Assembly: GCF_009914755.1 (NCBI RefSeq)
Contig: NC_060930.1
Length of the DNA: 64,000 nucleotides
Source: the human T2T-CHM13v2.0 reference genome, Homo sapiens
Strand: one strand, 5' to 3'
Below the pieces are notes generated by a model. The model saw nothing but the letters and a program-made list of their open reading frames with translations, did not search any database and was not told the origin of the DNA. The position numbers and the translations under genes are program-made. Numbering within the stretch: the first letter of the stretch is position 1; each line of letters begins with the position of its first letter. Of this stretch, positions 1 to 15,657 are shown piece by piece.

Positions 1-674
1 TCACAGGCATCATTTAGCTAAAGCAATAGATCTGGTCTAATTCAATTCATCGAACATGCTAAAAAATATTAAGAGAGCAGGTAGTGCTAGACTTCTCCTA
101 AAATTAAGAAAAACAGATGAATGGGCTCACAAACGTAACTGAAGGTTGCTGTGATAATTTCCCACAATTTGTACCCACCAAATATCTTTCATTTTGATAC
201 ATCATGATAAAGTCTTTACATTGCAAAATTATAGGATGATTTACTGTATAATAAGGTATTGCTTTCAGTTTGAAGAATTCAGAAATGAATCAAGTGTTGT
301 GATTAGCATTACTACCCTCTATGCGTAACTCCATGTAAATTCCTCATTGTGTTCACTGAGAAAATGAAGCTTTGTGAAAGTAGCCAAATTCATTTTGAAC
401 TCAAATCATTAACATGTTGGTAAAAGCCATCTCATACATGTATCCCCCGTTTTAAAAAGTATATATTCATAGGAAACTGCTCACACATCTACCATGTGTG
501 CTCCAGAGTTTTCTGTTGGCCCACGGATTGAGAAAAACATGGGTTTTCACCTAAATATACAGAGAGAAATTTTCCTGAAAATACACTTCTTGTTGATATC
601 ACATCAATCAAGAGGCTCTGAGCCTCTTAAACTCTGTTTAATGGTTCCTGAAGTATGAGGATAAGCATCTCTAA

Positions 675-1298
<624 letters not shown>

Positions 1299-1945
1299 TA
1301 GACAGTTTTATACATTGTTTTTACCTGTTTATGCCTGGTTTTCTTCTTAACTGTACACATTCTCCTAGACTGATTTTAGTCTCAGATCAAGTTTAAACTT
1401 GACGATAGGGACATTTATTACAGTTTGTTAACATCACAATAATTAAGATGACTGATCCATTTAACAGAGATGTATCACAGCCTATTATGTGCCAGGCAGG
1501 GCACTCGGGGTATAGAAGTAACAAAGACAGGGCCCTGCTTCCTGGAGAACATAACCTCAAGGCATTTGGGTCTGTTCTTCATTATGAGCCTTTGAATCTG
1601 TTTTTCCTCTTTGCCTAGGATGTCTTCTCGCTGCCTTTCCACCAATCTTTCCCTTTCATTTCCAACTCAAAGTCAATCTGGGATATTTTTTTAAAACGTT
1701 GTGCACATAGAAGGTATTTAATAAATGAATAAAGTATGACTAAAAATAAATGAATATAAATTACCAGGAAACAACTACAGTAAATTAAAAGTGATAATAA
1801 ATATTCCCTGAACAAAACCAGCTCCACAGTATTAGCTAATGTTGCAAATACAACAGTAGTTTTTCACGTTTCAAGTATATCTACCCAGCAAAATCACATC
1901 TGTGAACCATAACATTGTGCTTTCTCTTAAAAATATTATGCCAGC

Positions 1946-2414
<469 letters not shown>

Positions 2415-2521
2415 CTAAGAATTATGGGCCGGGTCCACATGTGGGTTAACCCATCTGACGTTCAAATTCATCTCCCAATTTTCCATCATCAAGATAATTC
2501 CATTTTTAGAACTTATCTTAC

Positions 2522-2677
2522 CTGGTGGCATAGTTCTTCCCACTGCCTTTGCAGAAGCTCTACGCGTTCATTAAGAATGGAGATATCATCAGCACTGATA
2601 TAGGCAGAGAGGGTGTCCTTCAGCAGGCTCAACTGGGTCAAGTCATCTGTCCAGCTCCCAACTGCATTTTCTAATTC
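2522..2677 (-). CDS. SYNE1: SYNE1 exon, 156 nt (ELENAVGS...EELCHQ)
   Basis: atttag|GAA...CAG|gtaaga; phase 0-0. Confidence 0.93.
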
Positions 2678-3394
2678 CTAAATAAAAAAACAAACTTGAA
2701 TACCCACGGACATCTCCTGCCAATGATTTCTGAAGTGTTTTTGAATCCCCTCTTGATAGAATTTCCTTTGTATAGCCCTCAATTTAAATATCTAACTTGG
2801 GATCTAGAGGCACATCATGGCAATATTACAGATTTGGTTCCAGACCACTGAAATAAAGTATATATCACAATAAAGTGAGTCACAAATTTTTTGGTTTCTC
2901 AGTGCATATAAAAGTTATGTTTACACTATACTATTGTGTATAAAATGTGCAATAGCATATGTCTAAAAAAACCAATGTACATACCTTAATTTAAAAATAC
3001 TTTATTGTTTAAAAATGCTAATGATCATCTGAGGCCTCAGCAAGTCATAATCTTCTTGCTGGTGGAAGGTCTTGGCTCAACGTGAAAGGCCATTGACTGA
3101 TCCAGTGGTGATTGATGAAGGCTAGGGTGGCTCTGGCAATTTCTTAAAATAAGACAATGAAGTTTAAGCAGCACTGATGACTCTTCCTTTTACAAAAGTT
3201 TCCTTGTAGCATGTGATGCTGTTTGAGAGCATTGTACTCACAGAACTTTTTTCAAAATTTGAGTCATCCTCTCAAACCCTACTGCTACTTTATCAACTAA
3301 GTTTATGTAATACTTGAAATCCTTTGTTGTTACTTCAACAATATCCACAGAATTTTTACCAGAAGTAGATTCCATTTCAAGAAGCCACTTTCTT

Positions 3395-3445
3395 GTTGAC
3401 GGCCATACCACCCTAAACATGCCCAATCTTGTCTGGTCTCAGAAG
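3395..3445 (+). pseudogene. 5S rRNA 5' fragment (tailless retropseudogene)
   Basis: 42/51 match to human 5S nt 1-51 (GTCTACGGCCATACCACCCTGAAC...GGAAG as recalled), 5 of 9 differences are CpG decay; 16-bp TSD 3379-3394 / 3443-3458. Confidence 0.9.
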
Positions 3446-5709
3446 AAACCACTTTTTTTATTGATCCATAAGAAGCAACTCCTTATCCATTCAAGTTTTA
3501 ACATGAGATTGCAGAAACTCAATCACATCTTCAGGCTCCATCTCTAACTCTAGTCCTCTTGATGTTTCCACCTCATCTGGAGCTACTCCCTCCACCACTG
3601 AAGTCTTGAACCCCCTCAAAGTCATCCACGACAGCTGGAATCAACTTCTTCCAAACACATGTTAATGTTGACATTTTGACCTCCTCCCATGAATCATGAA
3701 TGTTGCTTTTGTGAAAATAAAATTTATTTTTAATTTTTGTGGGTACATAGTAGGTGTACATATATATGGGGTATATGAGATATTTTAATAGATGATAGCA
3801 AAGTAAATATGGTATTCATCACCTGAAGCATTTATCCTTTGTGTTACAAACAATCCATTTATACCCTTTTATTTATTTAAAAATGTATGATTAAACTCTT
3901 ACTGACTACATTTGCCTTGTTGTTCTATCAAATACTTTTCTATTTTTTGTAACCATTAACCATCCTCATCACCCCTGCAGCCTCCATGTACCCTCCCAAG
4001 CTCTGGTAACCATCTTTCTACTCTCTATCTCCATGAGTTCAGCTGTTTTAATTTTTAACTCCCACACATAAGTGAAAACATGTTGAATGACAGTGGTGAA
4101 AGTGGACATCCTTGTTGTGTTCCAGATCTTAGAGGAAAGGCTTTCAGTTTTTCCTTATTCAGTATGATGCTACCTGTGGATCTGCCATATATGGCTTTTA
4201 TTATGTTGAGCTATGTTTCTTCTATGCTCAGTTTTTTGAGGGTTTTTATCAGGAAAGGTTGAATTTTATCAAATGCTTTTCAGCATCAATAGAAATGATC
4301 ATATAACTTTTGTCTTTCATTCTGTTGATCTGATGTACACATTGATTAATTTGAGAATGTTCAACCATCATTGCATCCCTGGGATAAATTCCACTTGGTC
4401 ATGATGAATGATCTTTTTAATGCACAGTTAAATTCAGTTTGCTATTATTTTAATGAATATTTTTACATAAATGTTCATCAGAGATATTGTTCTATAATTT
4501 TCCTTTTTTTTTTTTTTTTGATGTGTCTTTGTCTGGTTTTGTTAGCAGGGTAATAGTAGCCTTGTAGAATGAGTTTGGAAGTATTCCCTCCTCCTCTATT
4601 TTTCAGAATAGATTGAGTAGGATTGGTATTAGTTCTTCTTTAAATGTTTGGTAAAATTCAGTAGCGAAGCCATCAGGTCCTGGGCTTCTTTGCTGGGAGA
4701 CTTTTTATTATGGCTTCAATCTTGTTACTTGCTATTGGTCTGCTTTTGGATTTCTTCATGGTTCAATCTTGGCAGGTTGTATGTCTCTAGGAAATCATCC
4801 ATTTCTTCTAGGTTTCCCAATTTATTGGCATATAGTTGCTCATAAAAGCCGCTAAAGATCCTTTAAATTTCTGTGGTATTGGTTGTAATGTCTCCTTTTT
4901 CATTTAGATCTTCTCTTTTTTTCTTAGTCTGGCTAATGGTTTGTCAATTTATCTTTTCAAAAAATAAACTTTTCATTTTGTTGATCTTTTGTATTGTTTT
5001 CTTCATTTCCATTTCATTTATTTCTGCTTTAAGCTCCATTATTTCTTCTACTAACTTTGAGTTTGGTTTGCTCTTGCTTTTCTAATTCTTTAAGATGCAT
5101 TGTTAGGTTATTTATTTGAAGTTTTTCTTCTTTTTTGATGTAGGTGCTTGTATCTATAAACTTCCATCTTAGTACTGCTTTCACTGTATTACGTAGGTTT
5201 TGGTATGTTGTGTTTCCATTATCATTTGTTTCAAGAAATTTTTCTATTTCCTTTTTAACCTCTTCATTGACTCACTGGTCATTCAGAAACACATAGTTTA
5301 ATTTCTATGTGTTTGTATAGTTTCCAAAATTCTTTTTACTATTGATTTCTAGTTTTATTCCATTATGATCAGAGAAGATACTTGATAAAATTTCACTTTT
5401 GTTTGAATGTTTTAAGACTTGTTTTGTGGCCTAACATATAGTCTATCCTTGAGAATGATCCATATGCTGGGGAGAAGAATGTGTATTTTGTAGCTGTTGG
5501 ATGAATGTTCTGTAAATATCTGTTAGGTCCATTTGGTCTGCAGTGCAGATTAACTCCAGTGTTTTTTTGTTTATTTTCTGTCTGGATGATCTCTCCAATG
5601 TTAAAAGTGGGGTGTTGAAGACTGCAGCTATTATTGTATTTGGGTCTAATGTCTCTCTTTAGCTCCAATAATATTTGCTTTATATACCTGGATACATGAG
5701 CATACATAA

Positions 5710-5967
<258 letters not shown>

Positions 5968-6655
5968 ATATAAATATATATTATATATTTATCTGGGTGG
6001 TCCAGTGTTGGGTGTATATATATTTACAAATGTTATAACTTCTGTTATATCCTCTGGCTGAATTAACCCCTTTTTCATCATATAATGACATTCTTTGTGT
6101 CTTTTTATAGTTTTTGTCTTGAAACCTATTTTGTCTGATATAAGTATAGCTATTCCTGCCCTTTTTGCTTTCCATTTGCATAGAATATCGTTTTCCATCC
6201 CTTTATTTTCAGTGTATGTGTGTCTTTACAGATGAAGTGTGTTTCTTGTAGGCAACAGATCATTGGGTCTTATGTTTTTTAATCCATTTAGTCACTCAAT
6301 GTCTTCTGAGTTTAGTTCATTTATATTAAATGTTGTTATTGATAAGTAAGGACTTAATACTGCCATTTTATTATTTGTTTTTTTCTGGTTGTTTATATGG
6401 TCTTCTCCCCCTTCCTTCCTTCCTGTCTTCTTTTCAGTGAAGGTGATTTCACTGTTGGTATGTTTTAATTTGTTGCTTTTTATTTTTTGTGTATCCACTG
6501 AATGTTTTCAGACTTGAGGTTACCATGATGTTTTCAAATAATATCTTAATACACATTATTTTAAACTGATGACAACTTAATACTGATTGCATAAATGAGC
6601 AAACTAACAAACAAGCAAAAAGAAAACTAGTAAAAACTCTACACTTTAACTTTGT

Positions 6656-6887
6656 CAGCTCACTGCAATCTTTGCCTCCCAGATTCAAGCAATTCTCATG
6701 CTTCAGCCTCCCGAGTAGCAGGGACTACAGGCACACGCCACCCCACCTGGTTAATCTTTATAATTTTGTTAGAGACAGGGTTTTGCCATGTTGACCAGGT
6801 TGGTCTCAAACTCCTGGCCTCAAGTGATCCACCCACCTTGGCCTCTTAAAGTGCTGGGAATACAGGTATGAGCCACCATGCCCAGCC
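6656..6887 (-). mobile_element. Alu lacking 3' end/tail, inside L1
   Basis: Begins at cagctcactgcaa, ends gagccaccatgcccagcc. Confidence 0.88.
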
Positions 6888-6999
6888 ATGTTGTTTCTTA
6901 TTTATATCTTATCATACTTGTCTATATATTGAAAAGTTGTAGTTATTATTTTTGATCAGCTCATCTTTTCATCTTTCTACTTAAGGTATAGTTTATACA

Positions 7000-7295
7000 G
7001 GCCAGGCGCGGTAGCTCACGCCTGTAATCCCAGCACTCTAGGGGGCCAAGGTGGGCAGATCATGAGGTTAGGAGATCGAAACCATCCTGACTAACACGGT
7101 GAAACCCTGTCTCTACTAAAAAAATACAAAAAATTAGCCGGGCGTGGTGGTGGGTGCCTGTAGTCCCAGCTACTCAGGAGGCTGAGGCAGGAGAATGGCA
7201 TGAACCCAGGAGGCAGAGCTTGCAGTGGGCCAAGATCCCGCCACTGCACTCCAGCCTGGGCAGCAGAGCAAGACTGTCTCGAAAAAAAAAAAAAA
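7000..7295 (+). mobile_element. AluY-like inside L1
   Basis: Full Alu; 17-bp TSD aaggtatag(t/c)ttataca at 6983-6999 / 7294-7310. Confidence 0.95.
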
Positions 7296-8148
7296 GGTAT
7301 AGCTTATACAACACAATTGCAATGTTATAATATTCTATGTTTTTCTGTGTATTTACTATTACCAGTGAGTTCTGCACCTTCACATGCTTTCCTATTGCTC
7401 ATTAACATTCTTTTCTTTCAGATTGAAGAACTCCCTTTAGTACTTCTTGTAGGTCAGGTCTGATGTTAATGAAATCCCTTAGCTTTTGTTTGTTTGAAAA
7501 AGTCTATTTTTCCTTCATGATTGAAAGACGTTTTCACTGGTTATACTATTCTAGGGTAACAGGTTTTTTTCTTCAGCACCTTAAAAATGTCACCTCACTT
7601 TCTCCTGTTCGGTAAGGTTTCCACTGAAGAGTCTGCTGCCAGATGTACTGAAGCTCCATTTTATGTTATTTCTTTCTTTTCTCTTGCTGCTTTTAGGATC
7701 CTTTCTTTATTTTTGACCTTCGGGAGTTTAATTATTAAATGCCTTGAGGTAATCTTCTTTGGGTTAAATCTACTTGGTGTTCTATAACCTTCTTGTACTT
7801 GGATATTGATATCTTTCTCTATGTTTGGCAAGTTCTCTGTTATCCCTTTGAATAAACTTTCTACTCCCATCTCTCTTTCTACCTCCTTTTGAAGGCCAAT
7901 AAGTCTTAGATTTGCCCTCTTGAGGCTATTTTCTGGATCCTGTAGGCATGTTTCATTGATTTTTATTCCTCTTCATTTGTCTCCTCTGACTGCGTAGCTT
8001 ACTTCAAGCTCACGAATTCTTTCCTCTGCTTGATCAATTCTGCTATTAAGAGACTCTGATGCATTCTTCAGTATGTCAATTACATTTTTCAACTTCAGAA
8101 TGTCTGATTGATTCCTTTTAGTTATTTCAATTTCTTTAATTTATCTGA

Positions 8149-8489
<341 letters not shown>

Positions 8490-11235
8490 CAAAAGAGCTA
8501 TTTTGAATTATCTGTCTGAAAGGTTGCATATATCTGTCTCTCCAGAATTGGTCCCTGGTGTCTTATTTATTGGTATTTTTTGGGTTAGGTCATGTTTTCC
8601 TGAATGGTCTTGATGCTTGCAGATGTTTGCTGGTGTCTTCGTATTGAAGAATTAGGTATTTATTGTAGTTGTAGTCGGGACTTGTTTGTATTTACCCTTC
8701 TTAGGAAGGTTTTCCAGGTATTTGAAGGGACCTGGGAGTTGTGACCTAAGTTTTTAGTCACTGCAGTCAAATCTGCATCAGGGGGCACCCCAAGCCCACT
8801 AAAACTGTGGTTCTTGCAGACTGATAGAGGAACCACCTTGGTGGTCTTGGATAAGATCTGGAAGAATTATCTGGATTACCAGGCAGAGATTCTTGTTCTC
8901 TTTCCTTATTTTCTCCCAAACAAACAGCGTCTCTTTCTCTGTGCTGAGTTCCCTGGTACTGGTGGAGAGGAGAGTTACAAGTACCCCTGTGGATCCCCCA
9001 CCACTACTGGAACTGTACTGGGTTAGGCCTGAAGCCAGCACAGCACTGGCTCTCTCCCAAGGCCCACTGTAACCACTACTTGGCTACTCTCTATGTTTGG
9101 TCAAGGCCCTAGGCCATACAGGCTTGTGTTCTTCTCTTCAGGGCAATGAGCTCCCCCTGGCCCCAGGTGGTCGAGAGATGCCAGGGCTTGGAGTTGGAAA
9201 CCTTAGAAATCTACCTGGTGCTCTGTTCTACTGCAGATAAGCTGGTACCGAAACCATAAGAAAAAGTCCTTTCCACTCTTCCCTTCCCTGTCCCAGGCTG
9301 AGGAGTCGCTCCCCAGGTCCACTGCCACAACAGAACCGTGGGGAATACTGCCAGGCCATTGCTGATGTTTACATTAGGCCCAAGGGCTCTTCAACTCAGC
9401 TTGTGGTAAATGCTGCCAGGCCTGGAACTTACCCTTCAGGGGAGTGGGCTCCCCTCTGGCCCAAGGTAGATCCAGAAATGCCACCCGAGAGCCAAGTCCT
9501 GGAATTGAGTACCCCTGGAGCCTCTTTGGTGCTCTTTCCTGTTGTTGCTATGCTGGTACCTAAGTTACAAGACAAAGTCCCCTTTGTTCTTGCCTCTCTT
9601 TTTTGTAAGCAGAAGAGGACTCTCTTCATAGCCACCGCAGCTGTGAATGTGCTAGGTCACACTTGAAGCCAGCATGTCTCCGAATCTGACCCAAGGCCCA
9701 CAGTGTGTACTACCTGGTTACACTGCTGACTATCCAGGGCCCATGGGCTCTTTAGTCAGCCGGTGATAGGTCTTACCAGGACTAGGTCCTTCCCTTCAAT
9801 GCAGCAGGTTCTCTTCTGGCCAAGGGTGTGTCTAGAAATGTCTGGAAACTAGGGCATGGAATGAAGGCTTCATGACTGTGCCCAGTACCCTATCTTACTG
9901 TAATTGAGTTGGTATCCAAGTTGCAAAACAAAGTCCTCTTTACTCTTTCCTCTTTTCTCAAGCAGAAGGAAGGGGTGTCTTTTGGAGCTGCAAGCTGTAT
10001 TGCCTGGGGTTGGGGGAGGATTGGCACAACAACTCCTTTAGCTGTCTTCCTGGTGTGTCACCGGGTCATGTACCCCCAAGTCCACTGGATCCAAGCCCAG
10101 TACTGCACTAGGACCCACCTAGGAGTGTAGTACTTGTGGCCTAGACAGCCTTTCAAATTTATGTAGGACCCCAGAGCATTTTAGCCCATGGTAGCAAGTG
10201 CTTGTCAAAACTCAGATTCTGTTGGCTGGGATGGGAGCTTCCCCTTTGGCTAGGTCTTGTGTAAATGCTCCCTCCGTGGGCATCAGCTGAGTTCTGCCTG
10301 GTATTGGCAGCACTGAGCTCCAATGCAATGCAGACCAACTGCTGGGCTCTCCTTCCTCGATATGCACAGATGCTCTCTCCGTGCCATGTGGCTGCTGCTG
10401 GGGCACCGAAAAGAAGAGGTGGTGTGGGCAATCCAAGGTTGTCTTTCCTACCCTCTTCATTGCCTCTTTCTGTACTATGAAGTTGAAATCAGGTAATGTG
10501 ATTGCTCACCTGATTTTTTATTCTTATGAAGGCGCTTTCTTATGTAGATAGTTGTTACATTTGGTGTTCCTGCAGGGAGAACAGTCAGTGGAGAATTCTA
10601 CTCAGCCATCTTGTTCTGCTTCCTCAGGTCAAATCGGGAATGTTCTTACTGCCATCTGCAATGACGAATCCTTTCCACAGGGTTTTCCATTTACTTTGCC
10701 CAGATCCATCATAGGAATCACTATCTATGGCAGCTATAGCCTCACAAAGTGTATTTCTTAAATAATAAGACTTGGAAGTTGAAATTATTCCTTGATCCAT
10801 GGGCTACAGGATAGATATTGTGCTAGAAGGCATGAAGACAACATTAGTCTTGTACATCTCCATCTCCATCAGATATCTAGGGTGACTACGTGCATTATCA
10901 AGAAGTGGTAATACTTTGAAAGAAAGCCTTTTTTTTCTGAGCAGTGGGTCTCAAAAGTGGGCTTAAAATATCAGTAAAACTGTACTGTAAACAGATATGG
11001 TGCCATCTGGGTTTTGTTGTTCTATTTATAGAGCACAGGTAGAGTTAGCATAATTCTTAAAGGCCTTAGGATTTCCAGAATGTTAAATGAACACTGACTT
11101 TAAGTCACCAGCTCCATTTGCCCCTAACAAGAGAGTTAGCCTTTTCTCTGAAGCTTTCGAGCCAGGCATTGACTTCTTTTAAGCTATTAAATTTCTCAAT
11201 GGCATCTTCTTCCAACATAGGGCTGTTTGATCTAC

Positions 11236-11375
11236 CTCTAGCCTGGGCAACAAGAGCAAAACTCTGTCAGGAAGGGGAGAGGAGGGGAGGGGAGGGGAGA
11301 AGGAAGGAAGGATAAAAGGAAAGACGGAAAGAAAGAGGGAAGGAAGGAAAGAGGAAGGAAGGGAGGGAGGGAGGG
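11236..11375 (+). repeat. Alu 3'-terminal stub followed by ~105-nt GA-rich tract
   Basis: ctctagcctgggcaacaagagcaaaactctgtc then (GGAA/GGGA)n. Confidence 0.8.
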
Positions 11376-13479
11376 TAACCACTTCCATCAATGATCTTAG
11401 CTAGATCTTCTGCATAACTTACTGCAGCTTCTACTTCAACACTTGCTGCTTCACCTTGCACTTTTATGTTATGGAGATGGTTTGTTTCCTTAAAACTCAT
11501 GAACCAACCTCTGCCTGCTTCCATCTTTTCTTCTGCAGTTACTTCTCCTCCCTCAGCCTTCACAGAATTAAAGGGAGTTACGACCTTGCTCCAGATTAGG
11601 CTTTGGCTTAAAGGAATGTTGTGGCTGGTTGGATCTTTTATTCAGACCACTCAAAGTTTCTCTGTATCAGCAATAAGGATGTTTTGCTTTCTTCTCATCC
11701 ATGCATTCACTGGAGTATTACTTTTAATTTCCTTTCAGAACTTTTCCTTTGCATTCACAACCTGGCTGTTTGTGGCACAAGAGGCCTAGCTTTTGGCCTG
11801 TTCCAGCTTTTGACATGTCTTCCTCACTAAGCTTAATCATTTCTAGCTTTTGATTTAAAGTGAGAGACATGAGATTTTTTTCAATTGAACACTCAGAGGC
11901 CACTGTATGAATTGGCCTAATTTCAATATTGTTGTGTCTCAGCAAATAAGGAGGCCAGAGGAGAAGGAGAGAGATTGGGAACATTGTTGGTGGAGCAATC
12001 AGAACACATGCTACATTTATGAATTAAGATTGCTGACTTCTATGGGCACAGTGTGTGGTGCCACTAATTACAATAGCACCATCAAAGGTCACACTGACTG
12101 TAGATCACTGTAACAAATATAACAGTAAAGAAAAAGTTTGGAATATTGTGAGAATTACCAAAATTATGCAGACATATAAAGTGAGCACATGCTGTTGGAA
12201 AAATGGTGCTGGTAGACTTGTTCTATGCAGCAATGCCACAATCTTCAATTTGTAAAAAAAAAAAAAAAAAAACCAAAAAACAAAAAACAAAACATAGGAT
12301 CTGTGAAACACACTAAAACAAGTGCAATAAAATGAGGTTTGCCCATATTTCATTTGCTTCCACATAATTTGATAAATTGCTAAGTCCTTCTGATAAAGTA
12401 TGATTGCCTGCAGAATCTTTCTGCCATCTACTCATCATTTTATTGATTTAAAATTTTTTTTTCCTAAATTGAAGTTTAATCACTGTATTGATCTTCTTTA
12501 CTTTAGACTGACTTCATAAACCTCTAACTTATCCTTTCTTTTTGTCCTGAATTGCTGATCACACTGATGAAATATTTTTAAAAACAGACACCTAAATTTA
12601 ACTTTCATTTTCAAGCACTATAGAGTTGCCACATTCTGTGATCTATACTTATAATGTAATAGCTGAGAAGATCTGTTGCTGTTACTACTCAATTTAAAAC
12701 AATGCACTGAATACATTTTCTGCAGGATCAGACATTTCTTTAAGTTACTAAAAAAGATTATGTACCCTGTCTTTTAGGGGAATGATTTAAGAAAAAAAAA
12801 TTCATATAGCAATATTTGAATGAGTTGACATTAGTTTTTACAATATTTTGACCAATTACCAGTTTTGCAATTTGTATAACCAGCTGTTGTTTTTAGATTC
12901 CAGCTAGTTTTGTGTATAAATAGAGTATTTCATGTGCCGTTTCCCCTCCCTTTATGTGTCTTTACACGGTAGAAAGGTTTCCAAAGGCAATGGCAATTAG
13001 CGGTGCTGTCTGAGGCTAACTTCCCAAGCAATTTAGGCAAACAAGATTTTAGCCTGAATTTTCCAGGTAATTGCCTTGTTTTGCTGCTAAGGGCAGTTTG
13101 GGGAAGAGTAGCAGGACTAGACGAAAATACATTTTTTAAATCTACACACTCAATAGCAGCGTGTGTTTGTAACTGTCATGTTTTTTGGGAGATAAAAAAT
13201 GACGCCCCATGGCAACAGTATTTGGCTGAAAGACCAAACCATCTAGGTTAATTAAATATGCAACATTTCTTCTAATACTTCTAAACATATTCAATTGTTA
13301 TACCACTGGAAAGATTTTCCACTTTTCACACCGATTTCTACCCCCCCAACTCGAGCATCAGATTTGTATATGGATTTAAAAAAAGTACATAATAACACCA
13401 CCACCAAAAACCAACTGTTTCAGACGCACAGTATACCAACCCCTTAAACGAGTCAGTGTGGCAAAAATATAGCCTGTAG

Positions 13480-13630
13480 ATACAGGCAACCCAGATATTT
13501 ACTGACTTTGAAAAGTTATTAAATTTCCAGAGGCCTCAGTTTTCCCTTCTGAAAAGGGGCAATAATAAATGTTTTCACGAGCTTTTGTTAATGCCAACTG
13601 AGATAACACCAATATAGTCACAGCCCCTAA
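13480..13630 (+). mobile_element. MIR
   Basis: Core gcctcagttttcccttctgaaaaggggcaataataa; edges approximate. Confidence 0.65.
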
Positions 13631-13680
13631 TAAATGCCCATTCCTGCTTTGCAGAAGTTTTCTTTAATAATTTTTAATGT

Positions 13681-13965
13681 ATTTATTTTTTTACAGACAG
13701 GGTCTCACTCTGTCAGCCAGGCTGGATGCAGTGGTGTGATCATAGCTCACTGCAGCCTCAGATTCCTAAGTGATCCTCCTGCCTCAGCCTCCCCAGTAGC
13801 TAGGACTACAGGCAAGCACCACCACCCTGGTTAATTTTTAAATTTCTTTGGATATGGAGTCTTGCCATATTGCCCAGGCTGATCTTGAACATCTGGTCTC
13901 AAATGATCTGTTTGCCTTGGCCTCCAAAGTGCTGGGATTACAGGCATGATCCACCACACCCGGCT
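13681..13965 (-). mobile_element. AluJ-like
   Basis: Diverged Alu with gatcatagctcactgcagcc. Confidence 0.9.
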
Positions 13966-15094
13966 TCTTTATTTTTAATAAATTTATCATCACAGGTTCA
14001 AAATGCGCTTTTTAATCTTTGTAACCATTGCATACTTCTGAATGTAACAGCTCAAGATAGTACTTCTTTCACTTTCCATCCATGATGTAAAATATACTAC
14101 CTTTTAACTTTCCTAAATCTGCCTTTTTCAAGTTTCAAATAATATCCTTAGATTTTACAACTGAAGAAAAAATTCTTATAGCCACACTTTTCATGATTTC
14201 TAGACCTCTTTAACAATTATCATCTCTTAAATGCTTAGGATTTCTTTGCCAAACTGAGGCAGAGAATTTCTAATTAAAACCCAAGTCATTTAAGTATATG
14301 CGAATTTTTAACAGAATTACCCTAGAGCAATAATTTGCAAATGACTGGGGAACACAAGGGCATGTTTAATTTGAAAGAAAAACATTTTTAAAGGTACGTT
14401 TGATATGATCAGCCTATTGCTCAGCAAAGAACTGCTGTTTGGACATTTCACTTGGCTACAAAGATGTGAAAGGCATGAATCTTATAGCCACTGAATTGTG
14501 TTGGTCTCCGTGAGCTCATAATCCAGGGAGTGATCTGTATTAGCTACTGACTTGCTTCCAAGTACCATTTGAAGTGTTGATCATAATCTTTAAGTACTTA
14601 GAGCCCTGAGCAATTTAGGGATTGTGTGTCTCTATGCAGTCACTGAGATAAGCTATTTTTCCCCCTTTCCTTGCATAATGGTCTAGAGGGCAGGGTGTGT
14701 TCTTTGGAGGGCCACTGTCTGCAGATTTTCCAGGCTGTTGATCCTTTTTTTTTTTTTTCCTTCTTGTAGACTCGATTCTTCTGGTAGAATGACTCCCCAG
14801 TGTGGATGCTTCAAAAAAAATGACTTTATTGCTCTTGACTCAGCTTTTAAATATCTTTTAATGTGTTTTAAATTTTCATTTGCTTCCTTGGAGTAATCCA
14901 TAAACTAGTCTATAATTTCATCAACTGCAATAAATCAGCCATACAAGGTTCACCTGAGTTGCCTGTCCTTATGTCATATACTAGGATCTTGTATCTGCAT
15001 GTAGATAACCTAAGAGTTTGACTGGATTATGGCCCCAAAGACATTCCAGCAGAGGCACACAGGTGACGGTGAAAATCTCAGTTCAGTAATTTAC

Positions 15095-15220
15095 CTTGCA
15101 ACGCATTTGTTCTGCATGGAGCTCTTCATGGTGATCCGGGAGAGACTGCGAAAGCTTCTTTTTGAAAGTTCGTAGTTTCTCCAGGGAATCTGCTATTCCT
15201 TTCTCACATTTTTCCCAGTC
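15095..15220 (-). CDS. SYNE1: SYNE1 exon, 126 nt (DWEKCEKG...EQMRCK)
   Basis: tgatag|GAC...AAG|gtaaat; phase 0-0. Confidence 0.93.
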
Positions 15221-15335
15221 CTATCATGGGAATAAAAACAAATAGCATAGATGTTTTTGATGTAGGAAACTGGGGGGGAAAAAGAAAAGAAACACTCTTC
15301 TTCATTCCCAGAGAAAGAATGAAAGTTACACTGAT

Positions 15336-15657
<322 letters not shown>

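Noticed and set aside
11267-11984. Transposase-like ORFs
   Set aside because: Frameshifted, stop-ridden Tigger1 remnants; no intact transposase
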